Of a stretch of DNA of 18,804 nucleotides, positions 10,186-18,404 are shown one piece after another (position 1 is the stretch's first letter; every line of letters begins with the position of its first letter). Origin of the DNA: Candidatus Krumholzibacteriia bacterium (GTDB lineage Bacteria > Krumholzibacteriota > Krumholzibacteriia > LZORAL124-64-63); NCBI GenBank assembly GCA_036351155.1, contig JAZBOO010000171.1:1-18804 (forward strand). Direction: 5' to 3'. Both the position numbers and the translations under genes were made by a program. Under the pieces are notes generated by a model. That model made no database searches. It was not told where the DNA came from and was given only the letters and a program-made list of their open reading frames with translations.

Positions 10186-10506
10186 GTGAACACCTCGAAA
10201 ATTGGGTTCGTCGTGATCTATCGCTGGCGCCTTCGGACCGGCAAAGAAGAGCAATTTCAAAAGGGCTGGGAGACCATCACCAGGGCGCTTCTTCAGGAGA
10301 GAGGTGCGCTGGGATCCCGGTTACACCAAGCAGAAGACGGCACCTGGTTCGCTTACGCCCAGTGGCCGGCCAAGAAGGTGTGGGAGCGCTCTCGGGAACT
10401 CGGCCCGCTGGACCCCACCGCCAGTGCGGCGATGGCCGAGGCCACGGAAGAATCATTTGAGCCCGTCCTGATGACCCCTGTTTGTGATCATCTGGTGAGC
10501 GGTTGA
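10186..10506 (+). CDS. ABM-like (dimeric alpha-beta barrel) protein (106 aa)
   Basis: GTG 10186 behind GGAGGA. Pattern FVVIYRWRLRTGKEEQF...W...GALGSRLH...YAQW is typical of the antibiotic biosynthesis monooxygenase fold. Confidence 0.8.
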   Translation: MNTSKIGFVVIYRWRLRTGKEEQFQKGWETITRALLQERGALGSRLHQAEDGTWFAYAQWPAKKVWERSRELGPLDPTASAAMAEATEESFEPVLMTPVCDHLVSG

Positions 10507-10576
10507 GGATGACCGATCGAGATCGCGCCAAGCCAGGTGCCCAGGCTTTTGAATCCCGTCAGGTGAATGAACCTCA

Positions 10577-11188
10577 ATGAACGAAAAACAAGCCAACAAC
10601 CCCCTGCATGGGAAGACTCTGAAAAGCATTTTGAATGAGCTGGTCGCGCACCATGGCTGGGACGGACTGGGCCGGCGCATTGACATCAAATGCTTCACCA
10701 GCGACCCCTCGATCGCATCGAGCTTGAAGTTCCTCCGCCGAACACCCTGGGCGCGCGAGAAGGTGGAGCATCTGTACCTTCGGACCATTCCCAGGAACTC
10801 GGAACCATTGCCGGTGGTTCCCTCGCCAAAGGTGCCGGCGAGTCAACATCGCATCTTCTCCATGCCTTTGGCCAAGGTGTACCCCATGTATGTCCAGAAG
10901 GCGGAGAGCAAGGGGCGGCTGAAGAGTGAGGTCGATGAGATCATCTGCTGGCTCACGGGTTACGATACAGCCGGCCTGGCGAAACAGATTGCCGACGAGG
11001 CCGACTTCGCCACCTTCTTCGCCCAGGCGCCCGCTCTGAATCCGAACTGCGCGCTCATCAAGGGTGTCGTTTGCGGTGTGCGCGTCGAGGACGTTGAAGA
11101 TCCCCTGATGCAGAAGATTCGCTACCTGGACAAGATGATCGATGAACTCGCCAAGGGTAAGGCGTTGGAGAAGATTCTGAGAACTTGA
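10577..11188 (+). CDS. Fusion protein: VF530/DUF2132 domain + DUF2200 domain (203 aa)
   Basis: aa 1-68 [12 protein letters not shown]...[24 protein letters not shown] is the VF530 family. aa ~91-203 [13 protein letters not shown]...WLTGY...GVVCGVRVE...[15 protein letters not shown] is DUF2200. A Pro-rich linker joins them. Confidence 0.85.
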   Translation: MNEKQANNPLHGKTLKSILNELVAHHGWDGLGRRIDIKCFTSDPSIASSLKFLRRTPWAREKVEHLYLRTIPRNSEPLPVVPSPKVPASQHRIFSMPLAKVYPMYVQKAESKGRLKSEVDEIICWLTGYDTAGLAKQIADEADFATFFAQAPALNPNCALIKGVVCGVRVEDVEDPLMQKIRYLDKMIDELAKGKALEKILRT

Positions 11189-11211
11189 GCCGGAAGGGAC
11201 AGGGGAATGAG

Positions 11212-11583
11212 ATGCTCGTTGTTGCCGCTGGTCTTTGTTTAGCGATTGGGCTCGTGCATTCCATTCTGGGTGAACGCTACATCCTGGTGCGGCTGTTTCG
11301 TAGGACGCCCATCCCCCACCTTTTTGGCAGCGACTTCTTCACCAGGCGAACCCTGCGCTTCGCCTGGCATCTGACCACCATCGCCTGGTGGGGCTTCGGT
11401 TACCTGATCTGGGCCATTTCCCGCGCGCCCGCAGATCCCACGCACGTGGTCCTGGAAACCGTGGGGGTGGTGTTTTCCCTCAGCGGTGCCGTGACCCTGG
11501 TCGCCTCCAGGGGCAAGCATCTCAGCTGGATTGTATTCTGGGCCATCGCGGGCCTGGTGTTTCTGGCCAGGTTCGGTGGTTGA
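11212..11583 (+). CDS. Small integral membrane protein, ~4 TM (123 aa)
   Basis: ATG 11212 behind AGGGGA (alternative TTG 11185). Four hydrophobic stretches with VHSILGE, AWHLTT and HLSW motifs. Confidence 0.75.
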   Translation: MLVVAAGLCLAIGLVHSILGERYILVRLFRRTPIPHLFGSDFFTRRTLRFAWHLTTIAWWGFGYLIWAISRAPADPTHVVLETVGVVFSLSGAVTLVASRGKHLSWIVFWAIAGLVFLARFGG

Positions 11584-11588
11584 CCGGA

Positions 11589-11607
11589 TTTTTCAGTGGG
11601 TTGGAAA
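11589..11607. repeat. Imperfect palindrome, copy 2 (TTTTTCAGTGGGTTGGAAA)
   Basis: Lies just after the stop at 11583. 16/19 identical to 10104-10122, and both copies have CGGA just upstream. Confidence 0.4.
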
Positions 11608-11627
11608 GTGCTGCAGCTCCGGCAGCC

Positions 11628-12566
11628 TCACCCCTTCCGGGGCACCAACCCCACCACCGGAATCAGCAAGACCCCCAGCACCAGGCCAATCAGGCCGTCG
11701 ATGCCCGCGGTCACCACCCATTCCACCTGACCGGTGAACTGCGGCACCCCATGACCCGCAGAAACAGCCACGTCGTGGATCAGCTGGTAAGGCACCTTCC
11801 AGCCCAGTTCATACAGCCCGTGGATGATGATGGAGCCTCCCACCCAGATCATCGCCGCGGTGCCCACCACCACCAGCACCTTCATGAAAACCGGCATCCC
11901 GCGCACAATTCCCACCCCCAGCTTGCGCACGGCGGCCACCCGGCCCCCGGCCGCCAGGGCCAGACCCAGATCGTCGGCCTTCACGATCAGCCCCACGGTG
12001 CCATAGACCGCCAAGGTGATCAGCACTCCCGCAATCGCCAGGGCGGCGGCCACCTTCGCCAGGTGCAAATCTGCAGGCAACCCCGACAGTACGATGGTCA
12101 TGATCTCGGCCGACAGAATGAAATCGGTCTTGATGGCGCCCTTGACCTTCTTCTCCTCCAGTCGTGCACCGGCCAGCTTCTTCCGGACAAGATCTTCCTG
12201 GTGGTGGTCCGCGGGATTGATCGCGTGCCACACCTTCTCGGCTCCCTCGTAGCACAGATAGGCGCCTCCCAGCATGAGCAAGGGGGCAATGGCCCAGTCG
12301 GCAAAGTACGACAGGGCCAGCGCCACCGGCAGCAGAATCACCAGTTTGTTGAAGAGGGAACCCCGCGCAATACTCCAGACAATCGGAATCTCTCGATCGG
12401 CCGAGAACCCATGGACAAACTTGGGGGTCACGGCCGCGTCATCGATGACCGCCCCGGCCGCCTTGGAGGAGGCCTTGACCGCCTGCCCCACCACATCGTC
12501 CACCGAGGCCGCCGCCACCTTGGCAATGGCCGCCACATCATCCAGAAGGGCCAGAAGACCGCTCAT
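11628..12566 (-). CDS. DUF808 (YedI-like) inner membrane protein (312 aa)
   Basis: MSGLLALLDDVA, KAAGAVIDDAAVTP, GSLFNK, YLCYEGAEK, GAIKTDFILSAEIM, LIVKADD and GTAAMIWVGG. ATGA overlap with the upstream gene. Confidence 0.92.
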   Translation of the reverse strand: MSGLLALLDDVAAIAKVAAASVDDVVGQAVKASSKAAGAVIDDAAVTPKFVHGFSADREIPIVWSIARGSLFNKLVILLPVALALSYFADWAIAPLLMLGGAYLCYEGAEKVWHAINPADHHQEDLVRKKLAGARLEEKKVKGAIKTDFILSAEIMTIVLSGLPADLHLAKVAAALAIAGVLITLAVYGTVGLIVKADDLGLALAAGGRVAAVRKLGVGIVRGMPVFMKVLVVVGTAAMIWVGGSIIIHGLYELGWKVPYQLIHDVAVSAGHGVPQFTGQVEWVVTAGIDGLIGLVLGVLLIPVVGLVPRKG

Positions 12567-13333
12567 TTTTTGCCCTCCCAAACGCCTTGACTGACCAGCT
12601 GTTTTTCCGCCGCCTCGGCCCAGCCGCGGTTGGCCGCAGGGCTGGCGGGACTGGGATGCAGCACCGTGCCGATGTGCGGGGGCCGATGGCCGCCCACCTC
12701 CGGCGCCTTCTTGCCGAACAGACCGTCCAGCTTCTTGCGGGCAAACCCGCCCACACCCACCACCCAGTCGGGCTGGTACAGATCCACCAGGGCCATCAGC
12801 CGTGCATCACAAGCGGTGAACAAGGGCCCGGCCTCGGCCGCCGGCAACTTGTCCGGCGTGAAGTTGCGGCCGCTTTCCTCCATGAACACCAGGGGGCAGT
12901 AGTTGATCACCACGTGATCGGCAAAGAACCCCTCGGGCCCACCGAACCGCTCCAGGAAAAAGCCCCACAGACGCCTGCCGCTGACCTCGCTGCGTTCGGT
13001 TTCCAGTCCCACCACGGGGCGCCTGGGATGCTCATGCGCGGGTCTGTCCACCCGACCGGTGATGGCCAGCGGCCCCTTGACCATGCCCACCTCGCCGAAG
13101 GGCACGCCGGTCTGGGCCATGCCCCAGGGCCCCGGGTTCATGCCCAGCATGAGCACCCGTCGGGGTGAGGCGCCCCAGCGAGCCACGTACTGGCTATGCG
13201 TGCGCCAGGCATAGGCCAGCGGGTTGTAGACATGGGTCACCGGCGGGCTGAACGTCAGGGCATCGACGGCATCGCGCAGGCCGGCGGTTTCCACCAGGAC
13301 CTGACGAGCGAAGGCATTGCGGGCGTTGGCCAC
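12563..13333 (-). CDS. SMUG1-type (UDG family 3) uracil-DNA glycosylase (~256 aa)
   Basis: VYNPLAYAW, GMNPGPWGMAQTGVPFG, RSEVSGRRLW, NYCPLVF and HPSPASP. Start uncertain: GTG 13333 preferred because ATG 13381 lies in a -10-like box. Confidence 0.92.
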   Translation of the reverse strand: MANARNAFARQVLVETAGLRDAVDALTFSPPVTHVYNPLAYAWRTHSQYVARWGASPRRVLMLGMNPGPWGMAQTGVPFGEVGMVKGPLAITGRVDRPAHEHPRRPVVGLETERSEVSGRRLWGFFLERFGGPEGFFADHVVINYCPLVFMEESGRNFTPDKLPAAEAGPLFTACDARLMALVDLYQPDWVVGVGGFARKKLDGLFGKKAPEVGGHRPPHIGTVLHPSPASPAANRGWAEAAEKQLVSQGVWEGKK

Positions 13334-13376
13334 GGGTCTCTTTCTGGCTTGGGATATCAGGGGGATTCCATTTCCC

Positions 13377-13406
13377 ATCATAGCACACCGTGACCAGAAT
13401 GGCCAA
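13377..13406 (-). promoter_or_regulatory. Putative promoter for SMUG1-DUF808
   Basis: Minus strand TTGGCC-N18-TATGAT with TG-n extended -10. Confidence 0.5.
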
Positions 13407-13445
13407 AATGAACAGAAAGACCGATAACCCCTTAAAGCACATAAA
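13392..13445 (+). promoter_or_regulatory. Degenerate 9-bp tandem repeats, candidate response-regulator operator
   Basis: GACCAGAAT-GGCCAAAAT-GAACAGAAA-GACCGATAA-CCCCTTAAA-GCACATAAA, ending 1 nt before a putative -35. Confidence 0.5.
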
Positions 13446-13446
13446 C

Positions 13447-13475
13447 TTCCAATGCGGCTGACAACTCTTTAACAT
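13447..13475 (+). promoter_or_regulatory. Putative promoter for the dcu transporter
   Basis: TTCCAA-N17-TAACAT. The weak -35 is consistent with an activator-dependent promoter. Confidence 0.5.
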
Positions 13476-13537
13476 TCCCCCATCGTGAGACTGGCCTGGA
13501 GGCCAACCCCACTCAACCCCGGCGAAGAGGATGACTC

Positions 13538-14863
13538 ATGTTGTACCTGCAGTTCGCATTTCTGCTGCTCATGCTGTATATCGGCAGCCGTTACGGCGGC
13601 ATCGGACTCGGTGTCATTTCCGGCATCGGTCTGCTGGTCGAGGTTTTCATTTTCCAGATGCCCCCCACCAGCCCACCGATCACCGTGATGCTGATCATCA
13701 TGGCCGTGGTGACCTGCGCCTCCATCCTGGAGGCCGCCGGCGGTTTGAAGTACATGCTGCAGGTGGCCGAGCGCCTGCTTCGATCTCACCCGAAGCGCGT
13801 CAGCATCCTGGGTCCCCTGGTGACCTGGTTCATGACCTTCCTGCTGGGTACCGGCCACGCCGTGTATTCCGTCATGCCCATCATCGGTGATGTGGCCTTG
13901 AAAAACGGAATTCGACCCGAGCGTCCGATGGCCTCGGCCTCGGTGGCCAGCCAGATGGGCATCACCGCCAGCCCCATCTCCGCCGCCGTGGTGTACTACC
14001 TGGCTCAGCTTTCGGAAATTTCCAGCAACATCACCCTGCTGAGCATCCTGATGGTCACGGTGCCGGCCACCTTGATTGGTGTCCTCGCCCAGGCCCTCTG
14101 GAGCATGCGGCGCGGCAAGGAACTGGCCGACGATCCCGATTACCAGAAGCGCCTGCAGGATCCCCTGTGGAAAGACAAGATCAACAGCACCACCGCCACC
14201 ACCCTGAATGAAAAACTGCCCCCCTCGGCGCGCAACGCCGTGCTGATCTTCATCCTGGCCCTGGTGACCATCGTGATCGTGGCCATGTTCAAGGACCTGC
14301 GAATCATCGGCGGCGCCGAGAAACCCATCAAGATGTCGGACATCATCCAGATGATGATGCTGGCCTTCGGCGGGATCATTCTGCTGGTGACCAAGACCAA
14401 GACCGCCAAGGTGCCCGAGGGTGTGGTCTTCAAGTCCGGCATGGTGGCCGCTATCGCCATCTTCGGTATCGCCTGGATGAGCGACACCTACTTCAAGTTC
14501 GCCTTGCCCAGCTTCGAGGCCGGCATCAAGGAGATGGTGACCGCCTATCCCTGGACCTTCGCCCTGGCCATGTTCATCGTCTCGGTGGTGGTCAACAGCC
14601 AGGCCGCCACCTGCCGCATGATGCTGCCGGTGGCTCTGGGTCTGGGGCTGAGCCCGGCTCTGCTGATCGGTATCATGCCCAGCTGCTACGGCTACTTCTT
14701 CATTCCCAACTACCCCAGCGACATCGCCACGGTGAACTTCGACGTCACCGGCACCACCAAGATCGGCAAGTGGTACTTCAACCACAGCTTCATGGTGCCT
14801 GGCCTGATCGGAGTGGTTGTGGCCTGCCTGGTGGGTTACGGATTGGCGCAGGTTTTCATCTGA
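13538..14863 (+). CDS. dcuB: Anaerobic C4-dicarboxylate transporter, DcuA/DcuB family (441 aa)
   Basis: GSRYGGIGLG, LEAAGGL, GTGHAVYS, IRPERPM, ITASPISAA, IFGIAWMSDT, NSQAA, YPSD..FD.TGTTKIGK and NHSFMVPG. GAGGA RBS. The dcuB versus dcuA assignment is less certain than the family. Confidence 0.93.
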   Translation: MLYLQFAFLLLMLYIGSRYGGIGLGVISGIGLLVEVFIFQMPPTSPPITVMLIIMAVVTCASILEAAGGLKYMLQVAERLLRSHPKRVSILGPLVTWFMTFLLGTGHAVYSVMPIIGDVALKNGIRPERPMASASVASQMGITASPISAAVVYYLAQLSEISSNITLLSILMVTVPATLIGVLAQALWSMRRGKELADDPDYQKRLQDPLWKDKINSTTATTLNEKLPPSARNAVLIFILALVTIVIVAMFKDLRIIGGAEKPIKMSDIIQMMMLAFGGIILLVTKTKTAKVPEGVVFKSGMVAAIAIFGIAWMSDTYFKFALPSFEAGIKEMVTAYPWTFALAMFIVSVVVNSQAATCRMMLPVALGLGLSPALLIGIMPSCYGYFFIPNYPSDIATVNFDVTGTTKIGKWYFNHSFMVPGLIGVVVACLVGYGLAQVFI

Positions 14864-14891
14864 CCGTCGCATTCTCCCCGGTCTCATCTGG

Positions 14892-14922
14892 AAGCGCCCC
14901 GGTTACGGCCGGGGCGTTTTTT
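14892..14922 (+). terminator. Intrinsic terminator after dcu
   Basis: AAGCGCCCCGG-TTACGG-CCGGGGCG followed by six T. The T-run overlaps the stop of the convergent regulator gene. Confidence 0.85.
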
Positions 14923-15613
14923 ATGACCGGCAGCGCTGGTACTGACGTTCGGGACGACCCACCGTGCCGTATTGCACATCGGCCTCCAGAAACCCCGCGC
15001 TCACCAGGTACTCCAGATAACGGCGGGCAGTGGATCGGCTGACCCCCAGCGCCAACCCCACCGCTTCTGCGCTCAGGGCGGGGCTCTTGGCGGTCGGAAA
15101 TACAGCCTGCACCTTTTCCAGGGTCAATGGGTCGATTCCCTTGGGCACGCCGCTTTGAGGTGTTGAGTGGCCGGCACCTCGTCCGTGGAGAAGGTGGTCC
15201 ACGTCCGCTTGCTCCAGAGCCGCGTCCTCTGTGAGGCGCAACCTGAAAGCCGCATACTTCTGCAGGGACTCCTCGAACCGCGCAAAAACCACCGGCTTGA
15301 TGATGTAATCGAAAACCCCACCGCGCAGGGCATCCTGCAGGGTGTCAGCTTCACGCGCGGCGGTGATCAGGATGACATCGACCTGACTCCCTTCGGCACG
15401 CAGCTGTTTGAGCAGTTCCAGGCCATTGCCCTGGGGCAGATACAGGTCCAGCAGGATCAGGTCCGGCTCCAGCACCTCGGCCTGCTCCACTGCTTCGGCA
15501 AAATCGGTGGCCAGACCCACCACCTCGAAACCCGACACCCGGTCGGCAAACCGACGGTGCAGATCGGCAATTCGCGGATCATCTTCCACAACAAGTACAC
15601 GGATTGGGATCAA
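14921..15613 (-). CDS. CitB/DcuR-family response regulator (230 aa)
   Basis: VVEDD, LLDLYLP (phospho-Asp), ITAA, DYIIKP, PKGIDPLTL, and HTH GVSRSTARRYLEYL...YGTVGRPER. TTG start overlaps the kinase stop, behind GGAGG. Confidence 0.95.
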   Translation of the reverse strand: MIPIRVLVVEDDPRIADLHRRFADRVSGFEVVGLATDFAEAVEQAEVLEPDLILLDLYLPQGNGLELLKQLRAEGSQVDVILITAAREADTLQDALRGGVFDYIIKPVVFARFEESLQKYAAFRLRLTEDAALEQADVDHLLHGRGAGHSTPQSGVPKGIDPLTLEKVQAVFPTAKSPALSAEAVGLALGVSRSTARRYLEYLVSAGFLEADVQYGTVGRPERQYQRCRS

Positions 15614-17247
15614 GACGGCACGCCTCCTTCCTTGGGTATGCTGATGGTGAACATGGCGCCCCCCAGTTCACTTTCCCCGACGGTCACCTGGCCATTGAGC
15701 GACTCGAGGTTTTCCCGGACAAGATGCAGCCCCACGCCGTGGTTCGCACCTTTCTTGGCCGTGACTCCTCGCTGGAAGATGTGCTCCACCTGATCCACAG
15801 GCACACCGGGCCCGGTGTCTTCCACCTCGATGATCAGGTCGTGACCCAGGTCGGTCATGCTCAACCGGACCATCTTGGGTTCCCGTCCACTGACCAGCGC
15901 CGCCTCGAGGGCATTGTCCACCAGATTGCCCAGAATGGTCACCAGCCGCTCCTGATTCACCGATGCCGGAATGTCGCACAGAGAACTTTCGGGATCGATG
16001 ACGAACTGGACCTTGAGCTCGCTGGCCCGATGACACTTTCCGATGATCAACCCGGACACCAGGGGGTGAGGCACCGCCGCGTTCAACAGGCTGATCAGGT
16101 CCTGGTAGTCCCGGGTTTCATTGAGGATGAGATCCAGCGCCTCCTGAGGCGCCCCGATCTGGATCAATCCGGCCACCGTGTGCAACTGATTCGAATGTTC
16201 GTGGGACTGGGCCCGCAGGAGCTCGGAATATTCGCGCACCTGGGAGAGCTCGCTGGTCAAGCGGTCCAGCTCGTCCTTGCGCCGGAAGCTGGCCACCACC
16301 CCCATCACCTGTTCCTGGTGGATGACCGGAATCACGCTCACCAGGAAAGCCACACCGTTGCGCACCATTTCCCGGTCCAGAACCGCCTGGCCCTTTTCCA
16401 GGACCTCGGCCACCGGCGCCTGGGGAATCAGATGGCTGGCCGGCTGCCCGACCAGGTCTTCCTCCCCCTCTTGAGCCAGCCCCAGATCACGGCGAGCCGC
16501 GGCATTGGCCAGCCGCACCTCACCATGCCGATCCACCGCCAGGACCCCTTCCCGGATGGTCTCCAGAATGGCTCCCCGTTCCTGGTACAGTGAGGCAATT
16601 TCCCGGGGTTCCAGGCCCAGAATGGCGCGCTTGAAACGGCCGGCAATCAGCACGGCGCCCAGCAGTCCCACCAGACCCATCATGAAGACAAAGACCCGAG
16701 GCTGAAGCTGGTGCTGGAGAATGGTCCGGTGGACATCCTCGAGCAGGTAACCCACGGCCACGAACCCCGTCACCCGTCCCTCGTCTCCGAACACCGGGGC
16801 AAAACCCCGCAGCGAAGGCCCCAGGGTGCCGACCGCGCTGGACACATAGCTGCGCCCCTCTTCCAGAGCCGGACCTTCGTCCCCACCCACGAAACGCTGA
16901 CCGATTTTCCAGCTGTCAGGATGGGAGAGGCGCAGGCCCTGCCGATCGCAAACCACGATGTACTCGGCCCCGGTGGCGAGGCGGATGGGGTCGACCAGGG
17001 ACTGGACTTTTCCCTCGGGATCGCCAAGTGTGACACTCCGGGCAACCAGCGGGTCTCGAGCCACCGTCTGGGCAATATCCAGAGCACGCTTGCCGATCTG
17101 GTCTTCCAGGATGTCAGCCACCAGGCTACCGAAAATGATGCCACTGATTCCGATCTGAACCAGGACCAGCAGTCCCAGCAAGACGATCATCTGGGCCTGC
17201 AAGGATCGTGGCAGCATGGCGCCAAAAACCGAACGCAAGAAGCCCAT
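15610..17247 (-). CDS. CitA/DcuS-family sensor histidine kinase (545 aa)
   Basis: Two TM helices flank an sCache domain (RLSHP, GTLGPSLRG). Also PAS (ETIREGVLAVD), H-box LRAQSHEHSN, N-box GNLVDNALEA, DTGPG and GVGL. ATG 17247 overlaps the upstream stop (TGATG). Confidence 0.95.
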   Translation of the reverse strand: MGFLRSVFGAMLPRSLQAQMIVLLGLLVLVQIGISGIIFGSLVADILEDQIGKRALDIAQTVARDPLVARSVTLGDPEGKVQSLVDPIRLATGAEYIVVCDRQGLRLSHPDSWKIGQRFVGGDEGPALEEGRSYVSSAVGTLGPSLRGFAPVFGDEGRVTGFVAVGYLLEDVHRTILQHQLQPRVFVFMMGLVGLLGAVLIAGRFKRAILGLEPREIASLYQERGAILETIREGVLAVDRHGEVRLANAAARRDLGLAQEGEEDLVGQPASHLIPQAPVAEVLEKGQAVLDREMVRNGVAFLVSVIPVIHQEQVMGVVASFRRKDELDRLTSELSQVREYSELLRAQSHEHSNQLHTVAGLIQIGAPQEALDLILNETRDYQDLISLLNAAVPHPLVSGLIIGKCHRASELKVQFVIDPESSLCDIPASVNQERLVTILGNLVDNALEAALVSGREPKMVRLSMTDLGHDLIIEVEDTGPGVPVDQVEHIFQRGVTAKKGANHGVGLHLVRENLESLNGQVTVGESELGGAMFTISIPKEGGVPS

Positions 17248-18314
17248 CACAAGGACAGCTCGGCCAGAACGGCGTCGGTCATTTCGCTCGTGGAATGGTG
17301 CCCACCCAGGTCCGGGGTCAAGAACTCCCCGGCGGACAGGACCGCGGTCAGGGCGCTCATCAGGCGGTCGGCGCAATCCACCTCTCCCAGGTGTTCCAGC
17401 ATCAGGGCCACCGTCCAGATCATCCCGGTGGGATTGGCCAGCCCACGCCCGGCAATGTCCGGGGCCGACCCATGCACCGGTTCGAACATGCTCGGGAACT
17501 GCCCGGTCGGGTTCAGGTTCGCAGAAGGAGAGATGCCGATGCTGCCCAGCATGGCCGAACCCAGGTCGGTCAGGATGTCGCCGAACAGGTTGCTGGCCAC
17601 CACCACGTCCAGGGCTTCGGGCCTGAGCAGGAACTGGCCGGCCAGGGCATCGACGTGCATCGAAGCGGCCGCGGTGCCCGGGAATTCTGCCGCCACCTCC
17701 GTGAACACACGGTCCCAGAACACCATGCTGTGGTTCAGGGCATTGCTCTTGGTGGCCGACAGCACGCGAGACCGGCCATGAGCAGCGGCATACTCGAACG
17801 CGTAACGGATGATGCGCTCGGTGCCCTTCCGACTGAATCGAGCCTCCTGCACCGCCGTCTCTTGCGGCGTACCGGGATTCTCCAGCCGGCCTGCCCCACA
17901 GTACTCACCCTCGGTATTTTCCCGCAGGACCACGAAATCGATCTTGGCCGGATCATCCACCCTCAAGGGAGACTTCAGCCCGGGCAGCAGCTTCACCGGC
18001 CGCAGGTTCACGTACTGCTCGAAACCCATGCGGATGGGCAGCAGCAGGCCGCGCAGTGAAACATGATCCGGAACGCCCGGATAACCCACCGCGCCCAGCA
18101 GAATCGCGTCACAGTCGGCCAGCCTGGTGAGCCCGTCTGCGGGCATCATCGCGCCATTTTCCAGTGACCAGGCACAGCTCCAGGGCAACTCCTCGTAGCG
18201 AAAGGTCAGCTGCCCATGCAGCAGAGCCAGCCGGTCCAGCACCTGGCGGGCCGTGACCATGACCTCGGTGCCGATGCCGTCACCGGGAATGGTTTTCAGG
18301 AAATATGAAGGCAT
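17247..18314 (-). CDS. Tartrate dehydrogenase/decarboxylase / D-malate dehydrogenase-like enzyme (IDH/IPMDH family, 355 aa)
   Basis: IPGDGIG, GAVG.P.VPDHVSL, YVNLRP, RENTEGEY, SATKSN..SMVFWD, SNLFGDILTD and FEPVHGSAPDIAG. The PDH.SL and TKSN..M.FWD motifs point to the TtuC/DmlA subfamily. ATG 18314 behind GAGGA. Confidence 0.88.
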   Translation of the reverse strand: MPSYFLKTIPGDGIGTEVMVTARQVLDRLALLHGQLTFRYEELPWSCAWSLENGAMMPADGLTRLADCDAILLGAVGYPGVPDHVSLRGLLLPIRMGFEQYVNLRPVKLLPGLKSPLRVDDPAKIDFVVLRENTEGEYCGAGRLENPGTPQETAVQEARFSRKGTERIIRYAFEYAAAHGRSRVLSATKSNALNHSMVFWDRVFTEVAAEFPGTAAASMHVDALAGQFLLRPEALDVVVASNLFGDILTDLGSAMLGSIGISPSANLNPTGQFPSMFEPVHGSAPDIAGRGLANPTGMIWTVALMLEHLGEVDCADRLMSALTAVLSAGEFLTPDLGGHHSTSEMTDAVLAELSL

Positions 18315-18404
18315 GCGGGTCCTCGCGGGTTCATGGCCAGAGATCTTCCCTGACAATAAAATCCCGGAGGTCCGCAAGCGAGAGAAAAAGCGATCGCCAC
18401 ACTT

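Noticed and set aside
10529..10550. Weak hairpin AAGCC...GGCTT-TT after the ABM gene
   Set aside because: The stem is short and interrupted and the U-tract is short, so it is not supportable as a terminator.
10090..11627. Integron cassette array for the three small same-strand genes
   Set aside because: No convincing attC (RYYYAAC...GTTRRRY) structures in the spacers and no integrase.
17248..17376. N-terminal extension of the kinase in the ORF track (also extensions of the dehydrogenase to 18377 and SMUG1 to 13381)
   Set aside because: The extensions overlap upstream genes or promoter boxes, and downstream starts with coupling or an RBS fit better.
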